Below the pieces are notes generated by a model, which worked only from the letters and a program-made list of their open reading frames with translations, had not been told where the DNA came from and made no database searches. The position numbers and the translations under genes are program-made. Positions 16,576 through 29,854 of a stretch of 64,000 nt of DNA are shown here, one piece after another. The stretch comes from Utricularia gibba (taxonomy: Eukaryota > Plantae > Magnoliophyta): positions 1,240,001 to 1,304,000 of the forward strand of contig NEEC01000004.1 of NCBI GenBank assembly GCA_002189035.1, written 5' to 3'. Every line of letters begins with the position of its first letter. Position 1 is the stretch's first letter.

Positions 16576-19500
16576 TTAAGATGCTCTGTGTGCATTCTTG
16601 AGGTTACGAACTTTCATGACAAGTTGCTGTCTCTCCCCTTCAACTTCTGCAAACTTGAGACTTATCTCTGAGTATCTCTCTTGCATTTCCTTGAGTTCTG
16701 CTTCCATCATCTGGTTCTTTTCCTTGAGGTGTGCCATTTCGTCATCATGATGCCCCTTGTTTACATAGGTAGGCGCACCTTCTGGTAGTGGCTCATCTGA
16801 GTTGCTGTACCTGTAAGCAAGAGTTCACTCATTTGTTTGTTTCACCAGGTTTTTTTTTTTTTTAATTCGAAGGGCTGTACCTGTTTGCAGCATCTGATCC
16901 TTGATGAGCATTTCTCACTTCCGTTGTTGTGTCCTGGTCATGCACAAGACTTGATACCTGCACCCCGAAAGAGAGAAGTGGGTTTCATGAACAATATGTG
17001 GGAGCGGGAGCAGAGCAATTGGAGTAAGGTATTTTATCAGTCAGCAACGAGAAAAAGATCCTAGTGGACTGTCCATTTTCAACCTGAAGCTAAATCTGTG
17101 AGTTGATATCTAAAAGGAGATGTCAAACTGGAGCTGCAAAGTTTACCAACCTTTTCAACTCCATTTTCGGAACAGGTTATACTGTTCTGGCTGAGCACAT
17201 CTATTCTCCGTTCAAGTTGTTGGATTTTGCAGAGAAGATTCTTTTCCTTCTCCATGTATGACTTGGTTGACATTTCAAGTGCAGATTCCTTTGACTTAAT
17301 ATCACCCTAATTGTAACAGAGCACGGTAAGTAATGATATTTGATGTATGTGATGAAGAAGAGAAGCTACAAGATTTACCTGCAGTGACTTGATTTTATCC
17401 TTGAGATTAGCAACCTCTTTGGAGCTGCGAGAGCTAGATTTTGGAGATACCTTGACTGCATCTCGGCCACTGCCATCTTTTATTCTCTTCTCCATGCTGA
17501 TCAATGTGTCTTCCTTCTTCTTCAGCTCACTCTTTAACTGGGATACTTGTTTGGACAAGTTCTCTTTTTCTAACTTGTTTTCAGATATAGAGTTCTTCAA
17601 TTCTATGTTTTGGGTCTGGAGAGAATCCACGTCCGCATGCAGATTAGCAACGATCAACTCCTTTTCATCCATCAGATCTCTCATTTGATTCAGCTCCTTC
17701 TGTGACTTCTCAGAATCTGTTTCCAGTTGCATAATTTTGTTTCCAAGTTCAAATGTTTTATCTGCCTCTACTGCATCTTTTTCTTTCATTTGTGCCACCA
17801 TTTGTTCCAACTCGTTCTTCATACTCTCCTTAATATCCATTTCCTCACACAGATGTCTGATCTTTCCCAAATGTGTTTCATTCTCATTCTTGAGCAGTGA
17901 AATCTCACACATAAGAAGCCTTTTGGTTTCGCCTGCATTGCTTTGCTGATCCTGCAGCTGCAGTTCTTTATCCTCGATCTCAGACTGCAATCTTTTGGTC
18001 TCATTCGTTAACGAGCTCACTTGGGAAGCAAGTTGCTCCAATCTTATCTCGTTCTGGCTCTTGATGAGCTGGGCTTCTTCAGAACCTTTCTTCATCATTT
18101 CTTCCAAGTATGCCTTCTGCAAACGGAGCTCATTTGCTTCTGCAATGGCTTTTGTAGCCAGTTTCTCATTGGCCTGAAAGGTCGATTCCATCTGCAGTGA
18201 AAGCCTTCGGAGCTCTTCCTGAAGCTGGGTTGCTGTGTTTGAATTACTCAAACGCGTCTTCCTCAATGCTTCCTCAGCCACCAGTGCCCTCTGCTCCTGC
18301 TCAACTCTGCAACAAATAGCGTCTTCAATATCAGCTTTAAATCCCTGCGCCTGCTTCTCAAATTCAGCTTCCAAGGTCTTTATAAGACCTTCAAGTTCCC
18401 TAACTCTCGCAGATGCAACTTCTGATTCACTTGACTGACTCTTCAATTTCTCCTCAAGCTTCTGTATCTGGGACTCAAGTTCTTGTGTTAGTGTACATGA
18501 AGATGAACATTCGTACTGCATTTTAAGCTGCTCCCGAAGCTGGATCTGCTGAAGCCTGTGAACCATTTCATGATTTTCTTGCTTCAGTATTTCATAATCA
18601 AGTGCTAGCTGCTCCATCTGCATCTCTACTTCTTCTTTATCCCGCTTGGTTATTTCCAACTCACCTTGCAAGCTCATGATATGCTGCTCCTTGTCATCAC
18701 TCCCAGGATCAAGATTGTTCATTGATGCCAGTCGACACAATTTATCGTCCATTTGCATCTCCAAGGATCCATCTTTGAGCTTCACTAAATCCTGATTCTT
18801 CTGTTCCAACATTTCATCAAGGTCTTGAACAGCAAGAATAAGCTCAGAGTTCGATTCTTGTGTCTTTTGAAGCTGAATCCGAAGATTGGAATTGAGTTCC
18901 TTTTCATGATTCAGCTCTTGTCTGAGTTCTTCCACAGTAGTTCTGAATTCATCTCCTTCATATCCAGCACCTTTCACACTGTCCATCTGCCTCTCCAAAA
19001 CTCTCATGTTCTTGCATTCCAACCGCAGCATGTCCCTCTCCTCCTTCAAGCTCGTAACTTCTCTGGAAAGCTCTTGAACTCTTTTGTTCTCTTTGGTGAT
19101 CTGTTTACGAAGATTCTGCAGTTCCAATTCAGACATCTCAGTCTGCCTTGATAGCGCGGCGACCTCCGCTTTGAGCTTCTCCACCATATTATCAGATGCT
19201 TCATCCAAATTTATCCTCATGAAATTCTCCCTTGGAGTACTCAGAGAATCCTCTGTGCTAGTCTCAAGAATAGAGTTCCCCAGCCACTCCCACTGTGATC
19301 TGCAGCTTTCCTCATGTACTGCACTTTTCGTGAGTCCATTCGGCCCTCGATGAAAACGGTTGCTCTTGATCTCCGGCTGCCAAGGGATTTCAACTCCATA
19401 GCTGCTGCCGGAGCTTGAAACAGTGAGATCAGAGCCACTTGATCCCTTGGCCTGAGGACTTGAGATTATATGCCCATTGCTTTTAGTTTCATCAGCATCT

Positions 19501-20557
19501 TCATTGCTCAACTGGGATTTTAAACTGTGACCCTTGTAATTGGATGGAACATTCTCTCCTACTTCAGCCTCCCTGCTGATGCAACAGTGAAATTTTTTAT
19601 CCTGTCAGATGCAAAGGAAGCAAGGCATCAATGGCAAACCTCTTATCGTCAGAATCCGCCATCCGTTGGATCGATACCTATATCAAAAGACGAACAGCAT
19701 TTCAGGAAACAAGCAAATCCATAAGAGTTCAACAACAGATGCAGGCACTCACATTCAGTACAGCTTCAGCTTTAGAGCTCTTGAGGGGCAGAGAGACCAA
19801 TGTGACATCATTTGAATCTATGAAGTTTGAAAGATCAAGGGAAGCTTCTCCAATAACTCCTGATTTGGATGATCCCTGAAAGTACACAACAGAGAAGCAC
19901 TAGTTACCTCTGGACAGGCATTAGAAAAGGCTGTCCAACACCACACAATATAAGATCCACACCGTTGCTACGATGAAGTTGTACATCTTCCGGTGAAACT
20001 TCCCGGATTTCATGTCAACATTGAACTTCACAGTTTCGTAAACTGGATTCTCCCAAAGACAGCTCCCATCTCGAACTGCCGACTTATCTGATTTTGCACT
20101 CGGCTTTCCAGCATCCGCCGGAATAACAGTCACAGTCAAGGCATCTTCTCCCACCGACGGCACCTAAAGTTTCAAAAGCAGATCTACCTCACTCCAATCT
20201 TGTCATATAAGTTATGTAAAATCAGGTGAAAAAGGATGGATGAATAGCATAGCAGATACTCTACTGTTGCATTCCTTTGTTTCTTTTCTCTTCTTTTCTA
20301 GCAAAAGGGCCCTATCCCCCGCCCACATTACTCGAATCTAACGTAACGTGCAACACAAGAAACGCCACTAGAATGAATTCAACAGCCTGAGAATCCGCAG
20401 ATTCGAAAATGACCAAAAATGAAATGCAGTTAAACCGATCAATTCAAGAAGCAGAGCAAACAGAGAATCCGAGAAATACCTTGGCAGCATGGAACTGGAG
20501 CTTGAAGACAATCCTAACTTTACTCCTCTCACTCCTCCATCTCGCCGATTTAAACAT
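16576..20557 (-). CDS. NT-type C2 (EEIG1/EHBP1) domain plus long coiled-coil protein ('myosin heavy chain-related')
   Basis: Exon 1 (ATG 20557) reads MFKSARWRSERSKVRIVFKLQFHAAK. Next come WENPVYETVKF and GSSKSGVIGEASLDLS, then a large coiled-coil exon (about 19570-17380). The last exon ends MEAELKEMQERYSEISLKFAEVEGERQQLVMKVRNLKNAHRAS*, TAA ending at 16576. Confidence 0.93.
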
Positions 20558-23122
20558 TTTCACTATGCAACCCTCAACTCCCCCCACTTCATACTTGCCA
20601 GAAAAACTGAAGTTCAGGGGAGGCCCTCCTCAAACTCCCCCCAATGCAAGCGAAATCCCGATCACCCACTTCCAATTTCTACATTCTCCGGCCAAAACTA
20701 ACTAAACACTCAAATGGGTAACTAACGATCCACACGATCAACGCTTTCATCAAGCCGCAGCGGCGGTTGGTGGCCTACAAGCTGCACCAGAGCAATCAAA
20801 AGAGTAGCAGAATTGGCAAGGAGAGAAACTCGTAGCTCAGATCTGACGATGAAGTTCCCTGAAGCGTAAATCTTCCTCAGGTTGCCGTCCTAGAAGCGTT
20901 AGTTGCCATGGGGACATCGGAGAAGGGGCGCGTGTCCGACTCCGCGAATGGACAGGTCTGTTGCTTTTCTCTTGGTATTTAAAAGCCTCCTTAAGTGGAA
21001 GGAAAAAGATTGAAAATCGAATTCTTTTCCTTTATTCCATTTGAGTAAAATAAAAACAACAAATCATTTGATTGGTTACATTGCAACCACTCGGTTGCTT
21101 AGACTCCCCCATTCCAAAAATACCATTCTCAAACTTATTACAATAAGATAACTCCAAATATCCAAATCCTAAGTTCTTAGGTATCTATTCCACGACATTG
21201 AGAATCACGACATTTAAAAAGGACTCAAACCCAAGTAAGCATGCAATAATCTTAAATGAATCTTACATCCATTATAGCATTTTTAATATTACATAATGAT
21301 TTTTATCCAAAAATAGAAAATATAAAATTATGTGAATTAGATATCCAAAACGAACAATATTGTATAAATAAAAAATGATTCATTACATTAAGATGAAAAT
21401 ATTTGAGCATGTTTGTATAATATAAGGCTCCGAATACTTTACTTCAAATGGATTCTAAAAAAATACTTATTTTAAAATATGAAATACTCTGAGATTTTTT
21501 ATTTTTTTGAAATATAACTATTTATAAAATAGAATCTAATATTTGACCATAAGTGCAATCTATCTCACATAGGAAAATAAGAAAAAAAAAATATATTAAA
21601 TATCTAATTACATTTCTCACATAAATAAAATTAAATGTCCGCTAATATTTACCTATTTTATTACTATTTATGAATGAGCGGACAACATAGGGATGAAGTG
21701 AAGGAGAGACAGATTCGTAATTAATAGTATTTTATGGGAGTTTCGGGGATAATAAGTGGACTGGGAGGGCATTTATGACATTCAATAGGGGTTGGAAACC
21801 TCACCAAAAAAGGTGGGGTCTACACACCGGAATAGGCGAAGGCCGTTATTATGAGCTACGCTGAAATGTCTCCCTTACACGAACGCCTTTTTCCTCCCCG
21901 CATTAACTGTTTTAACTGCACGCCTTTTGTAATAAAAATTTAACTCCCCTTATTTTTCATTAATAGTTATAGTCCAGACTCTTTGGTACTTGGCACTAGG
22001 ACGAATTAAAACGCATGCCACTTTTTATAGTACCAACAAATCCTTCTTCTAGTGAAAATGCTCTAAAAAATCATATGCTTTTTACGGGGGGGGGGGGCAT
22101 TGAATTCAAGAGCAACGTGCCACTTGACATCTTGGTGACCAAAATAAATGTGATGGGAGCCCCATGGCCTTGTCGTGTGCAATAATACTATTTGGGGTGT
22201 GAAGGTGGTTTTTTATTATTTTTGAAAATAATATAAGTTAGAAATAACTAGTTTTAAATGATAATTATTTGATGAATTAATCATTCATTCATAATAATTT
22301 AAACTACCAAATATATTGATTAATTTTTTTTACATTTTTTAATTTTAGCTTTGGAAGACTAGGGTATTTTTTTGACCACTTATTTCTTAATAGTGGCTGA
22401 CCTATTTTATATTATCTTTGCTCTACGGCAATCTCGTGCCCACATAGACTCGGACTCGACCCGACCCGGACATGGAGGTGATTTGCTTGTTATGGAACCA
22501 AATCGACTGAGATTGGAAATCAGTTATTCTTACCATGCAGTAAAAATGCCTAAATCGCAACAAAATCAAGCATCGACACATAAATAAAAGCCTCTGGAAT
22601 TCCATTTCCAAATGTGAGGGATTTTGTGGGAAACTCGTGATTTTAAATTTTATTCTCAATTTCTTTAGAAAAAAAAAATGCTGCATTAAATAATTAGTAT
22701 TTTAATGCAATTATATTCAGTATTGGCGTAATATAATAATTTAGAATTTTACATAATGTGTGCATTGAAGTTTTTCTTAGTATAGTAATGGGCCGTAATT
22801 TATTTATTAAAATTCTACCTCAATAATAATGCAACCTTATTAATTTTATGTGAATTTATAATTTGATATTTAATTTGGTAGTGATATTTTTAGTTAGGAA
22901 GTTCTCCGTTCAGACGGAAAACTGTTGCGTTTGGCCCAACGCGTCACGTGCGTCCCTCCTGTCCAATCTTCAAACCTCGTATTTCTGTATGAGACATTCG
23001 CAGTGTCGCAGTGTCATGAAAGGAAGGGGAAGAGTCCAAAGTTGCTCTTTTTCTGCAAGGGTATGGGGATCAACGCGCCTCCCTGAAACTGGAACTGAAA
23101 GGACAACGTCCCATATTGACGA

Positions 23123-24993
23123 ATGTCTTCTTCGCCGCCAGCGCTGTCCCCCCTTCCGCCGCCTAGGCCTTCCTCGAATATCGGCACCGCTGTATGTGCT
23201 CTCGGAATAGGAATTGGAGTCGGCGGAGGAGTCGTCCTTCTGTTATTAGGCATTAGCGTATTTTTATATATACGGCACCGCCGTGTTCGCCTCCCTGGAT
23301 CCACTTCACCACCTATTGGAGATTTCCCCTGTGGCGGAGAGAACCCATCAGGAATCTCGACTCTTCCGCAGCCTTTCTTCACTAACAGCCGTAGCTCCTC
23401 TGTTTTACCTTGCTCAAGAAATACATTCAGATTCGAAGAACTAGCCGCCGCGACGGACAATTTCTCCGCCGCCAACCTCCTCGGACAAGGCGGCTTCGGA
23501 TATGTGCATAAAGGAACACTCTCCGGCGGAAGAAAAGTCGCAATCAAGCAACTGAAACCCGAAAGCGGCCAAGGGGAACGAGAATTCCGAGCGGAGGTTG
23601 AAACAATAAGCCATGTTTACCACAAGCATCTGGTGCCCCTCTGCGGACATTGCATTTCAGGGGAAAAGAGGTTGCTGGTCTATGAATATGTTCCAAATCG
23701 AACACTCGAGTTTCATCTACATGGTAACTGTAAGATTCAAGATTAAGAATCCATTGCATCCCTGCAAACCTGGTGAATGAGCTTCGGATTAATGCAGGGC
23801 ATGGAAAGGTTAGCAACATGAACTGGGCAACAAGGATGAAAATCGCCATTGGTGCAGCTAGAGGATTAGCCTACTTGCATGAGGAATGTAAGGTTTACGG
23901 TTGCCCTTACATGTGTTGGTGGTATGTCTTAGGATCTACAGCATCTGCAGGCTCTCCGAAGATCATACACCGGGATATCAAATCTGCAAACATTCTTCTC
24001 GATGAGAACTTCGAGCCGAAGGTAGACAGCAGCATTTTCCATTTCCAAATGAACTTTGAAGGCAGTTTTCTTTGTTGCATTTCGTCGAACAGGTTGCAGA
24101 CTTTGGCCTCGCTCGCTTCTATTCTGATTCAGATTCTCATGTCTCCACTCGGGTGATGGGAACTTTCGGGTAATCCATTTTGCTCCTCCGTCTCCATGGA
24201 CGTTCATTTCATTTTGATGAGAAAATCGATACACACAACTGCAGATATTTAGCCCCTGAATATGCTCTCACCGGAAAATTGACGGACAAATCCGATGTAT
24301 TCTCCTTCGGCGTTGTGCTTCTGGAGCTAATCACCGGCCGGAAACCGATCGATAAATCGCAGAGATATCTCGACGATAACATCATAGACTGGGTAAGCTG
24401 GTGATGACTTGAGATATGCATCGATTGAAGATAACGCTGAGTAATCCATGGATCCATTCAGGCACGGCCTTTGCTCGCACGATCTTTGGAGAAGAAAAAC
24501 TTCGATTCAATCGCCGATCCAAAGTTGCAGCAGGATTACGATTCCGATGAGATGACGCGGATGGTGACCTGCGCTTCCGTCTGCGTTCGTCATCTAGCTC
24601 GCCGCCGACCGCGAATGAGCCAAGTACTAACCACTCAAATTCAATCTAAATCAGAAGAAATATCGTGCTAACCAAATGTTGACGCAGGTTCTCCTTGCAC
24701 TGGAAGGGAAAACGCCTATCGATGAGTTGAAAGCGGAGATTCCACCTACATGGGCACCGGAGTCGTACGGTTTGCAGTTGACGTTGGAACATGACGCATT
24801 GTACAACACCAAAGAGTACAAAGACGACCTCATCAAGTTCAGGAGCATGGCACTGCAGGGGCTGAAAGTCATCAGCAGCGACTGCAGCGGGCCATCCAGC
24901 GACGACCGCCCCTTCGGTTCGAGTAGCGAGCTTCTCACGGCTGCTACAGTAAAACCTCCAAGCTTCCCGGAGAATCTGCATTCGACAATTTAA
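23123..24993 (+). CDS. Proline-rich extensin-like receptor kinase (PERK15-like), 7 exons
   Basis: A short Ser/Pro N-terminus precedes the TM segment ([23 protein letters not shown]). The kinase motifs are [60 protein letters not shown] and RRRPRMSQ. All introns are GT-AG and in phase. Confidence 0.93.
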
Positions 24994-25165
24994 ATAAATT
25001 AAAATTGGCTCCCAACTTTCCGGAAATATGCCCCTGAACCTAATAATAAGTTTGCGAATGAGAACGCCTTCTGGGAACCTAATAGGAAGTTGCTGAATAC
25101 AAAGTTCAGGGTACTGCGTGCTGGTACAGCCAGCATCAACAAATAGAGTGCATAATGATGGAGGT

Positions 25166-26438
25166 TCACACCACCCTGGTTAACAATGGCTTGCCGGAGA
25201 AGTGAGCTTCTAGGTTCCCCAACACCAAGTCAGCCATCTCCTGGCGCGTTTCCACTGTGCCGCTCCCAACGTGAGGCAGGAGGACGACGTTGTCGAGACC
25301 AAATAGCTGCTCGGGAGCATGAGGTTCGTTCTCGAAGACATCAAGGCCTGCGCCACCTAAACGCCCCTCCAGGATGGCTGAGACAAGCTCAGGCTCATCA
25401 ACATGGCCACCTCTTCCGATGTTGATGAGTATTCCCTTTGGACCCAATGCTTCCATCACCTGCCGATTCACAATGTGCCTCGTTTCTGGGGTTAGCGCAC
25501 AAGCCACTACTAAGATGTCACTGTTTGAAGCAAGTTCAAGGACACTTGGATAGTATTTGTAGTTTGTGTCTGGTTTCTGGGATCTTGAGTAGTAGTTTAT
25601 GGGGCAATCGAATGCCGCTGCTCGGCGTGCGATTGCTAACCCGATTCTACCCAGGCCAATGATTCCCACCCTTTTTCCACTGAACTGCAAGTCAAAGAAG
25701 ACTAGATCGGAGAGGGAAACCACGCCCATAAATGCAACAAATCACAAACAGAGTGAAGGTGATGAAGAACACGAAAGAATTCCAACAGAATACTACTCCA
25801 GCATATATCAGGGATCAGAGCCTAGCCTAAAAACTTCGCATTCAACACAGGGCAAGCAACAATTTCCTTACTTCTTTACGAAATTTAACAAGAAAGCTAA
25901 AAGAAAGCAGGAGAATCTACACCACCACAGCATGGCACAAATCAATTCCAAGAAATAAACGAAATATGTAAAATTCCCAGACTGAGCAGAGCGATTTCAA
26001 TTCAAAGCTTCAAACCTTTGTAGTCAATTTGAATTCACTCCTTTTCCACGAGCCACTACGCACGTACTTATCACAGGCAGAAATCTTCCTGAGAACCGCC
26101 AGCGCCAGCCCGATCGCCAAATCAGCGACATCATCGGTAAGCACATCAGGAGTATTGGTGACTCTGATCCCTTTCTCGCCGCATTTCTTCAAGTCAATTT
26201 TATCCACTCCGACGCTAAAACTCGAAATTATTTCCAGTTTCGGCAACGCGTCAATCAATATTTCATCGACTCCCACCACCGCATTACCTACTGCCCCGCG
26301 GATCACCTCCGCATGCTGCGCGACGAACTCTATAGGATTAGGCTGAGTCCAGTAACGGTACAGTTTGAAGCGCTTGTCAAGTTCTTGTTCCAAATAGCTG
26401 TGAAACGGAGCCATCAACAAAACTCCGATCGACTCCAT
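25166..26438 (-). CDS. HPPR: Hydroxyphenylpyruvate / glyoxylate-hydroxypyruvate reductase (D-2-hydroxyacid dehydrogenase), 2 exons
   Basis: [45 protein letters not shown]|[50 protein letters not shown]. Confidence 0.95.
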
Positions 26439-26724
26439 TCTTCTTTCCCTTCAACGATGAACGTCGCCAGATGCGGCGTGTCGCTTTCTGGCAACGACGG
26501 CAGCGGTTCAGAAGCGAGGGAGTGCAGTGTGGCTAATAGTGAATTCATTCGGGGATTTTGTACCTGAAATTATGAATCACAATATTTATTATTTATTCCG
26601 AAAATATTTAATCCAAAAAATCAGCAAAAAACGAATGCTGTACATAGGCTGCTGCTGCCTACTTTAAACACAGGAAAACTACACATAAGTTGGTGATTGT
26701 ATGCTCAACCATGAATAGATATCA

Positions 26725-29700
26725 TCAATCCTGGCACTGCAAGCTTTTCTTTATACTCAGCAATGTGCAAGAGACGAGGGTGCTGATCGAATCTACGGAA
26801 TCGGCTGCGATTTTGATCGAAGAAGAGTTGCTAACAAGTATCTGGAGTACCACAGTGAGCACAGATCCTCCTGAGCTCTTCTCTTCTGATGCTGAAGTGA
26901 TGAGGATTGGCTTGGACTCGATTCCATCAGGAAGTATTGAGAAACCTGAAGGAAGGATTTGTATGCTGGTTAACTCACGACCAGCAATGACAGATTCCAT
27001 GGCACTGATGTCCACTGGAGAGTAAACCACCAATGACTCGGATGAATTTGTGCTGCTATCTTGAAGCAGCCACATCTTCTGTTCACCCGCCTCCATTGCC
27101 TAAATCCCAAGTCATTTTTATACATTGAAAATTTGGTAGTATGTTGAAGGTATCATAGGAAGGAATGCTTACTAGGCATGTGACAGCGTTTCCTCGATCC
27201 TGACCTTTAGCCAAGCTTGCAATCAGGCGTATTATGCTTTCCTTGAACATGATGTCCCACTGAAGTTTGATGATTTTGAAAATCAGTATACGAGCCATAA
27301 TGAGAGTGTTTTCCAAGTGGGAAGTGAGCAAACCTCATGCCTCCGTTGTTCGTCTCGCAGGAAATCGAACAATGTTTGGTGGCTTAGGGGGAACCATGCA
27401 CAAGATGCAGCAGACAAGATCGTTCCGAGAGGCTCTCCATTGTCATTGTGGTTCCTGCGAGATGCCACAGTGATGCCATCTCCAGTTTTTTTGGAGATTT
27501 TGCTCCATAAATTGGAGCTAGAAGCTCCTGCTGCTCTGCAGAAGCTGGAAGTCATTCTTTGTGCCAGTTTCAAAATGCTCTTCTTCCCAGCTAGTGTTGG
27601 CACACCTGTTTCCATAAGGGCCCATTAAAGTCATCGTCGGTGAAATGTGTTCAAATTTTCATGGTGATGGCATTGTAGAAAACGCGAGTCATTACCACTA
27701 GAGTTCTTTGCAGGAACATTGGTCGCAACAAGAAACACAAGCCGCTCACATTCTTGTTGCAGAGTGGAAATCCAACGCTTTGCACTGAATGCTAGACCAG
27801 TGTTAACTACGGTTCTGTACAAAGAACAAACCGAGGTTTTCTGACATACTAGATGTTCCACCCAAGTCACCTGAAAATACAAACAAGCACAGAGTCAAGA
27901 AACTAGACTCATTGATCCAATAATTCTTCCCATCCTCTCCAGCCGATCTTGAAAAGTCTCAAAAGATAAAGGTACACCTCTAATAATTGCATTTTCTTAC
28001 AACCTTAGAGTGGCCGTTGGATTTATCCTCGATGATACAACCAGAGGGGCGCTTTCTCCATTTGACCCCTGACGAATTGATGCCATCTTCAAGTTCCTCG
28101 ATGGAGACATCCAGAATGGCCCACTTTGAGGTGTTAAGTTGTTTGCAATGACGAAAAAAGTAAATTTGTCTTGCAGGTACCATGGGAGTTAACATTTGAA
28201 TCTCTGCATGAATCTGCAAAATGATCAAGTTTGGAAAACTTCCTTCTCTGTAAATAAATTAATAACATAGGATTTCCATGAAAACTTGCCAAAAGAATAG
28301 CTCGATCCTTATTGTCCCCTTCTCCATTGTTGATAACTTCAATAGTCTCAGCTTCCACGACCAAGCTAGGAAACAGCTTCTTCCATTGTTTCTACATTGA
28401 GGTAATCACACGCACTGATTTAATTAAAAGCCAAGAGCTTAGTGCCATGGTTCGAGGAATCGAAATCTTACCACATCCAAGAAGCTTTGAACAAGCCATG
28501 GAAGACCCGCAAGGATCGTCCCACTGTCTCTGGATGCCTCTATGGATTTCTTAGGCTCAAATGTTTCGGAGCCTTGAAGAAGAAACTCTTTAACATACTC
28601 ATCGTAATTAAGTATTTCTCTACCCGTTTCATAGCTTCTGATCCACAAAGGCTCCCCATGGTTGCCATTTTACTCAATTCCTCCATCGACTGGTTTACTA
28701 CCTCCACAATACGTGATTTATCAAGCTGAAAACCGCTGGAAGAAGCAACCAAGTGGCTTCTATTTTCTGGATCACCACCCTCACAGGGATACAAGGAGAC
28801 GTTTGATGAGGCTCCATGGCAGTATGTTCGGTTAATATACTGGAGCTTTTCCACCTTGTTACCATTTTCCATGAGTAAGATACTCTGAAGCAACCGACAG
28901 ACGAAATAGATAAAACCTCAATCGTGTACCTCAGCTCTGAGCTTGGAGTTCTCGATTCTAAGTCTCTGCTCTTCCCCGCCGGTGGCATGGTTATCGGGGA
29001 ATCCGCACATGGGACACGAAGTCGTTTTCGCAATTTCCCGCAAAGCTTTAATCTCGTCGCGGAGTCTGTCGATTTCACTCTTCAGCAAGGAATTCTCGTG
29101 GCGCTCTTGTATTGCCTGCGTATGAAGAAGAGGTGAAGAAGCGAGCGCATAGACGCAAACAGTATTAAGAATGATTAGCAAACAATTAGGAGAGTAAGGG
29201 ATGGCTAATTACCTTGACTTGAGTTCGCCGGTTTTGAAACCAGAACTTTACCTGCCTCGGATGAAGACCTAATCTTTTGCTTAACTCCAGCCTCTGCTTT
29301 TCATCTGGATGAGGCGATTCTTTGAATAGCCTGCAGTATTTTTTTGCAATCAAATTAGGGCGTAATCGATTGGTAACTGGAGGCAACCTGCGTATGTGCG
29401 TGTGAAAGGAGGAGAAATGTGGTTTGGCTCGACATACGCCTCCATTTGGCGGATTTGAGCCGTCGTGTGCCGGTGAAACCTTTTCCTCTTCTTCTTCTTA
29501 TCGCCGCCATTCCCGTCATCATCCTCCTCATCGTCGTCTGCATTCCCCTGTTCTCCTTCTCCAAATTCAAAATCGTCAGCCGATCGTGACTTCCCCTGCC
29601 CCGAGTTCTCGCTGCTCACCTCCGCCGAAACCTCATCCCTCCCTCCCCCGTGCGCAGCGTCGACACTCGCCGAGCCCCGAAAAATACCAGCCTGATGCAG

Positions 29701-29854
29701 AAAACAAGATGGCCCTCGTCAACCACATGCACGAAACACAGAAAAATCGGAACCTCAGTCGAGATCGAGAGATGAATACCAGAGAAAGTGATAGAGTTGG
29801 CGCACCAAGAAAGTCGCCGGCGGCGGCGGCCTCAGAATCCGAGAATTTCGACAT
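26725..29854 (-). CDS. GL2: HD-ZIP IV homeobox-START protein, GLABRA2-like; apparent -1 frameshift at 28654-28657
   Basis: N-terminal [12 protein letters not shown]|AGIF motif; homeodomain [13 protein letters not shown]|[27 protein letters not shown]|[12 protein letters not shown]; START domain [40 protein letters not shown] and [17 protein letters not shown]|VTWVEH; ends [13 protein letters not shown]. Confidence 0.93.

Noticed and set aside
22440-22480. gactcggactcgacccgacccgg, a motif seen at DNA-transposon ends
   Set aside because: I could not find a partner TIR or TSD, so it is not called as an element.
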